Source: Amphiscolops sp. MND2022
Lineage: Eukaryota
NCBI GenBank assembly: GCA_964187785.1
Contig: OZ076415.1
Coordinates: 3,906,001 to 3,970,000 of the forward strand
DNA: 64,000 nucleotides
Reading direction: 5' to 3'
The number at the start of each line of letters is the position of its first letter. The stretch's first letter is position 1. A program made the position numbers and the translations under genes. Of the stretch, positions 63,192 through 64,000 are shown piece by piece. Below the pieces are notes generated by a model, which saw only the letters and a list, made by a program, of their open reading frames with translations, made no database searches and was not told where the DNA came from.

Positions 63192-64000
63192 AAAAGACAG
63201 AGAAAAAAGATTGTTGGAGAAAGCTTGGAAGAGTGGTTTCTCAGCATATGGATCGCGTCAGAATTTGCAAAAAGCTACAAAATTGTCCGTGAAAAAAGTT
63301 GATGCCTTTTTGCAAGGTAAAAACTCCTACACAAAATTTTTCATTCCCCAGCGTAGATCCTATCCCCGATTGACGACACTTGCTTTCGACATTAACGACA
63401 TTTGGTGCATGGACGTTGCTTACGTCGATAAAATTGCCATGCCAAATGATGGTGTAAAATTTTTACTAGTCTGTGTAGATGTCTTGTCACGCTACTTGAG
63501 AGTGGAACCACTGAAGCGACTGACATCTGTTGCTGTGAAAGATGGTCTAGTTGCCATGTTAAATAAATGCCCGACAGTACATCCCAACAAAATTTGGACT
63601 GATCAAGGTCGAGAGTTTGAGGGAGAATTTCGCAAGTTTTGCAAAACTGTAGGAATACACCAATATAATTCGTTCAGCGGTACAAAAGCAGCGTTTGCTG
63701 AGCGAGCCATTAGAGCCTTGAAGGCCCAAATTGTTCGGTATCTCGAAGAGGAGTGGATGTGGCGCTATATTGACAAGTTGCCAGACTTTGTAAAAACTCT
63801 CAACGACCGTGTGAATCGATCAATTGGTATGGCACCGTCAAAGGTTGAGAAAAAACATGTGCTCAAACTTATCGCACTCAAACAAATGTCTGCAGTGATG
63901 AAAGAAAAAAGGCCAAGTACAAGGTGGGCGACTTTGTACGCATTGCTTCAAAGAATGTACCCTTTAGAAAAGGATATCTACAACAGTTTACAAATGAAAT
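63061..64000 (+). CDS. int: Polinton retroviral-like (c-integrase) DDE integrase, runs off the window; 1-nt frameshift near 63915
   Basis: IWCMDVAY, LVCVDVLSRY, IWTDQGREF, AERAIRALK and IGMAP, then KYKVGDFVRI in a shifted frame. Confidence 0.92.
   Translation, partial: MTKRTLKASTKVQVAAAGQQAARKTKKEEEKNGIQSRAKRNNFEKDREKRLLEKAWKSGFSAYGSRQNLQKATKLSVKKVDAFLQGKNSYTKFFIPQRRSYPRLTTLAFDINDIWCMDVAYVDKIAMPNDGVKFLLVCVDVLSRYLRVEPLKRLTSVAVKDGLVAMLNKCPTVHPNKIWTDQGREFEGEFRKFCKTVGIHQYNSFSGTKAAFAERAIRALKAQIVRYLEEEWMWRYIDKLPDFVKTLNDRVNRSIGMAPSKVEKKHVLKLIALKQMSAVMKEKRPSTRWATLYALLQRMYPLEKDIYNSLQMK

Larger units (their letters stand above)
52859..64000. mobile_element. Polinton/Maverick (adintovirus-like) element, left end in the window, right part beyond it
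   Basis: AGTAGTAG terminus at 52859 (typical Polinton end), followed by pPolB, packaging ATPase and retroviral-like integrase. Confidence 0.92.

Noticed and set aside
62556-63247. Minus-strand ORFs over the Polinton right block, and similar short antisense ORFs elsewhere in the track
   Set aside because: Antisense shadows of recognised plus-strand genes and simple repeats.

Overview
AT-rich eukaryotic, animal-like DNA made almost entirely of nested, mostly decayed mobile elements. No rRNA, tRNA, CRISPR array or securely identifiable host gene was found. (1) About 1-50 kb holds several diverged copies of one large retrovirus-like Ty3/Gypsy family. Comparing the copies gives this layout: a candidate antisense ORF and a motif-rich leader, a multi-TM ORF0, gag (CCHC knuckle plus RS-rich tail), PR-RT-RH-INT, ORF-X1/X2, a chuvirus/gB-like class III envelope glycoprotein, then ORF-X3 and ORF-X4. 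One copy carries a 4.1-kb tandem duplication and an inserted IS630/Tc1-like transposon with TA TSD. (2) An old Polinton/Maverick remnant lies at about 35.8-39.4 kb (TM/coiled-coil protein, capsid-like gene, pPolB). (3) A younger Polinton of a different lineage starts at 52859 (AGTAGT terminus) and runs off the window. It encodes a C2H2-ZF-fused pPolB with a VSR-like insert, a packaging ATPase, an integrase, an exonuclease-like and a PC4-like protein, and it appears to contain spliceosomal introns and a DSGxxS-degron protein. All family assignments come from manual translation and motif recognition. No database searches were run, and pseudogene boundaries are approximate.
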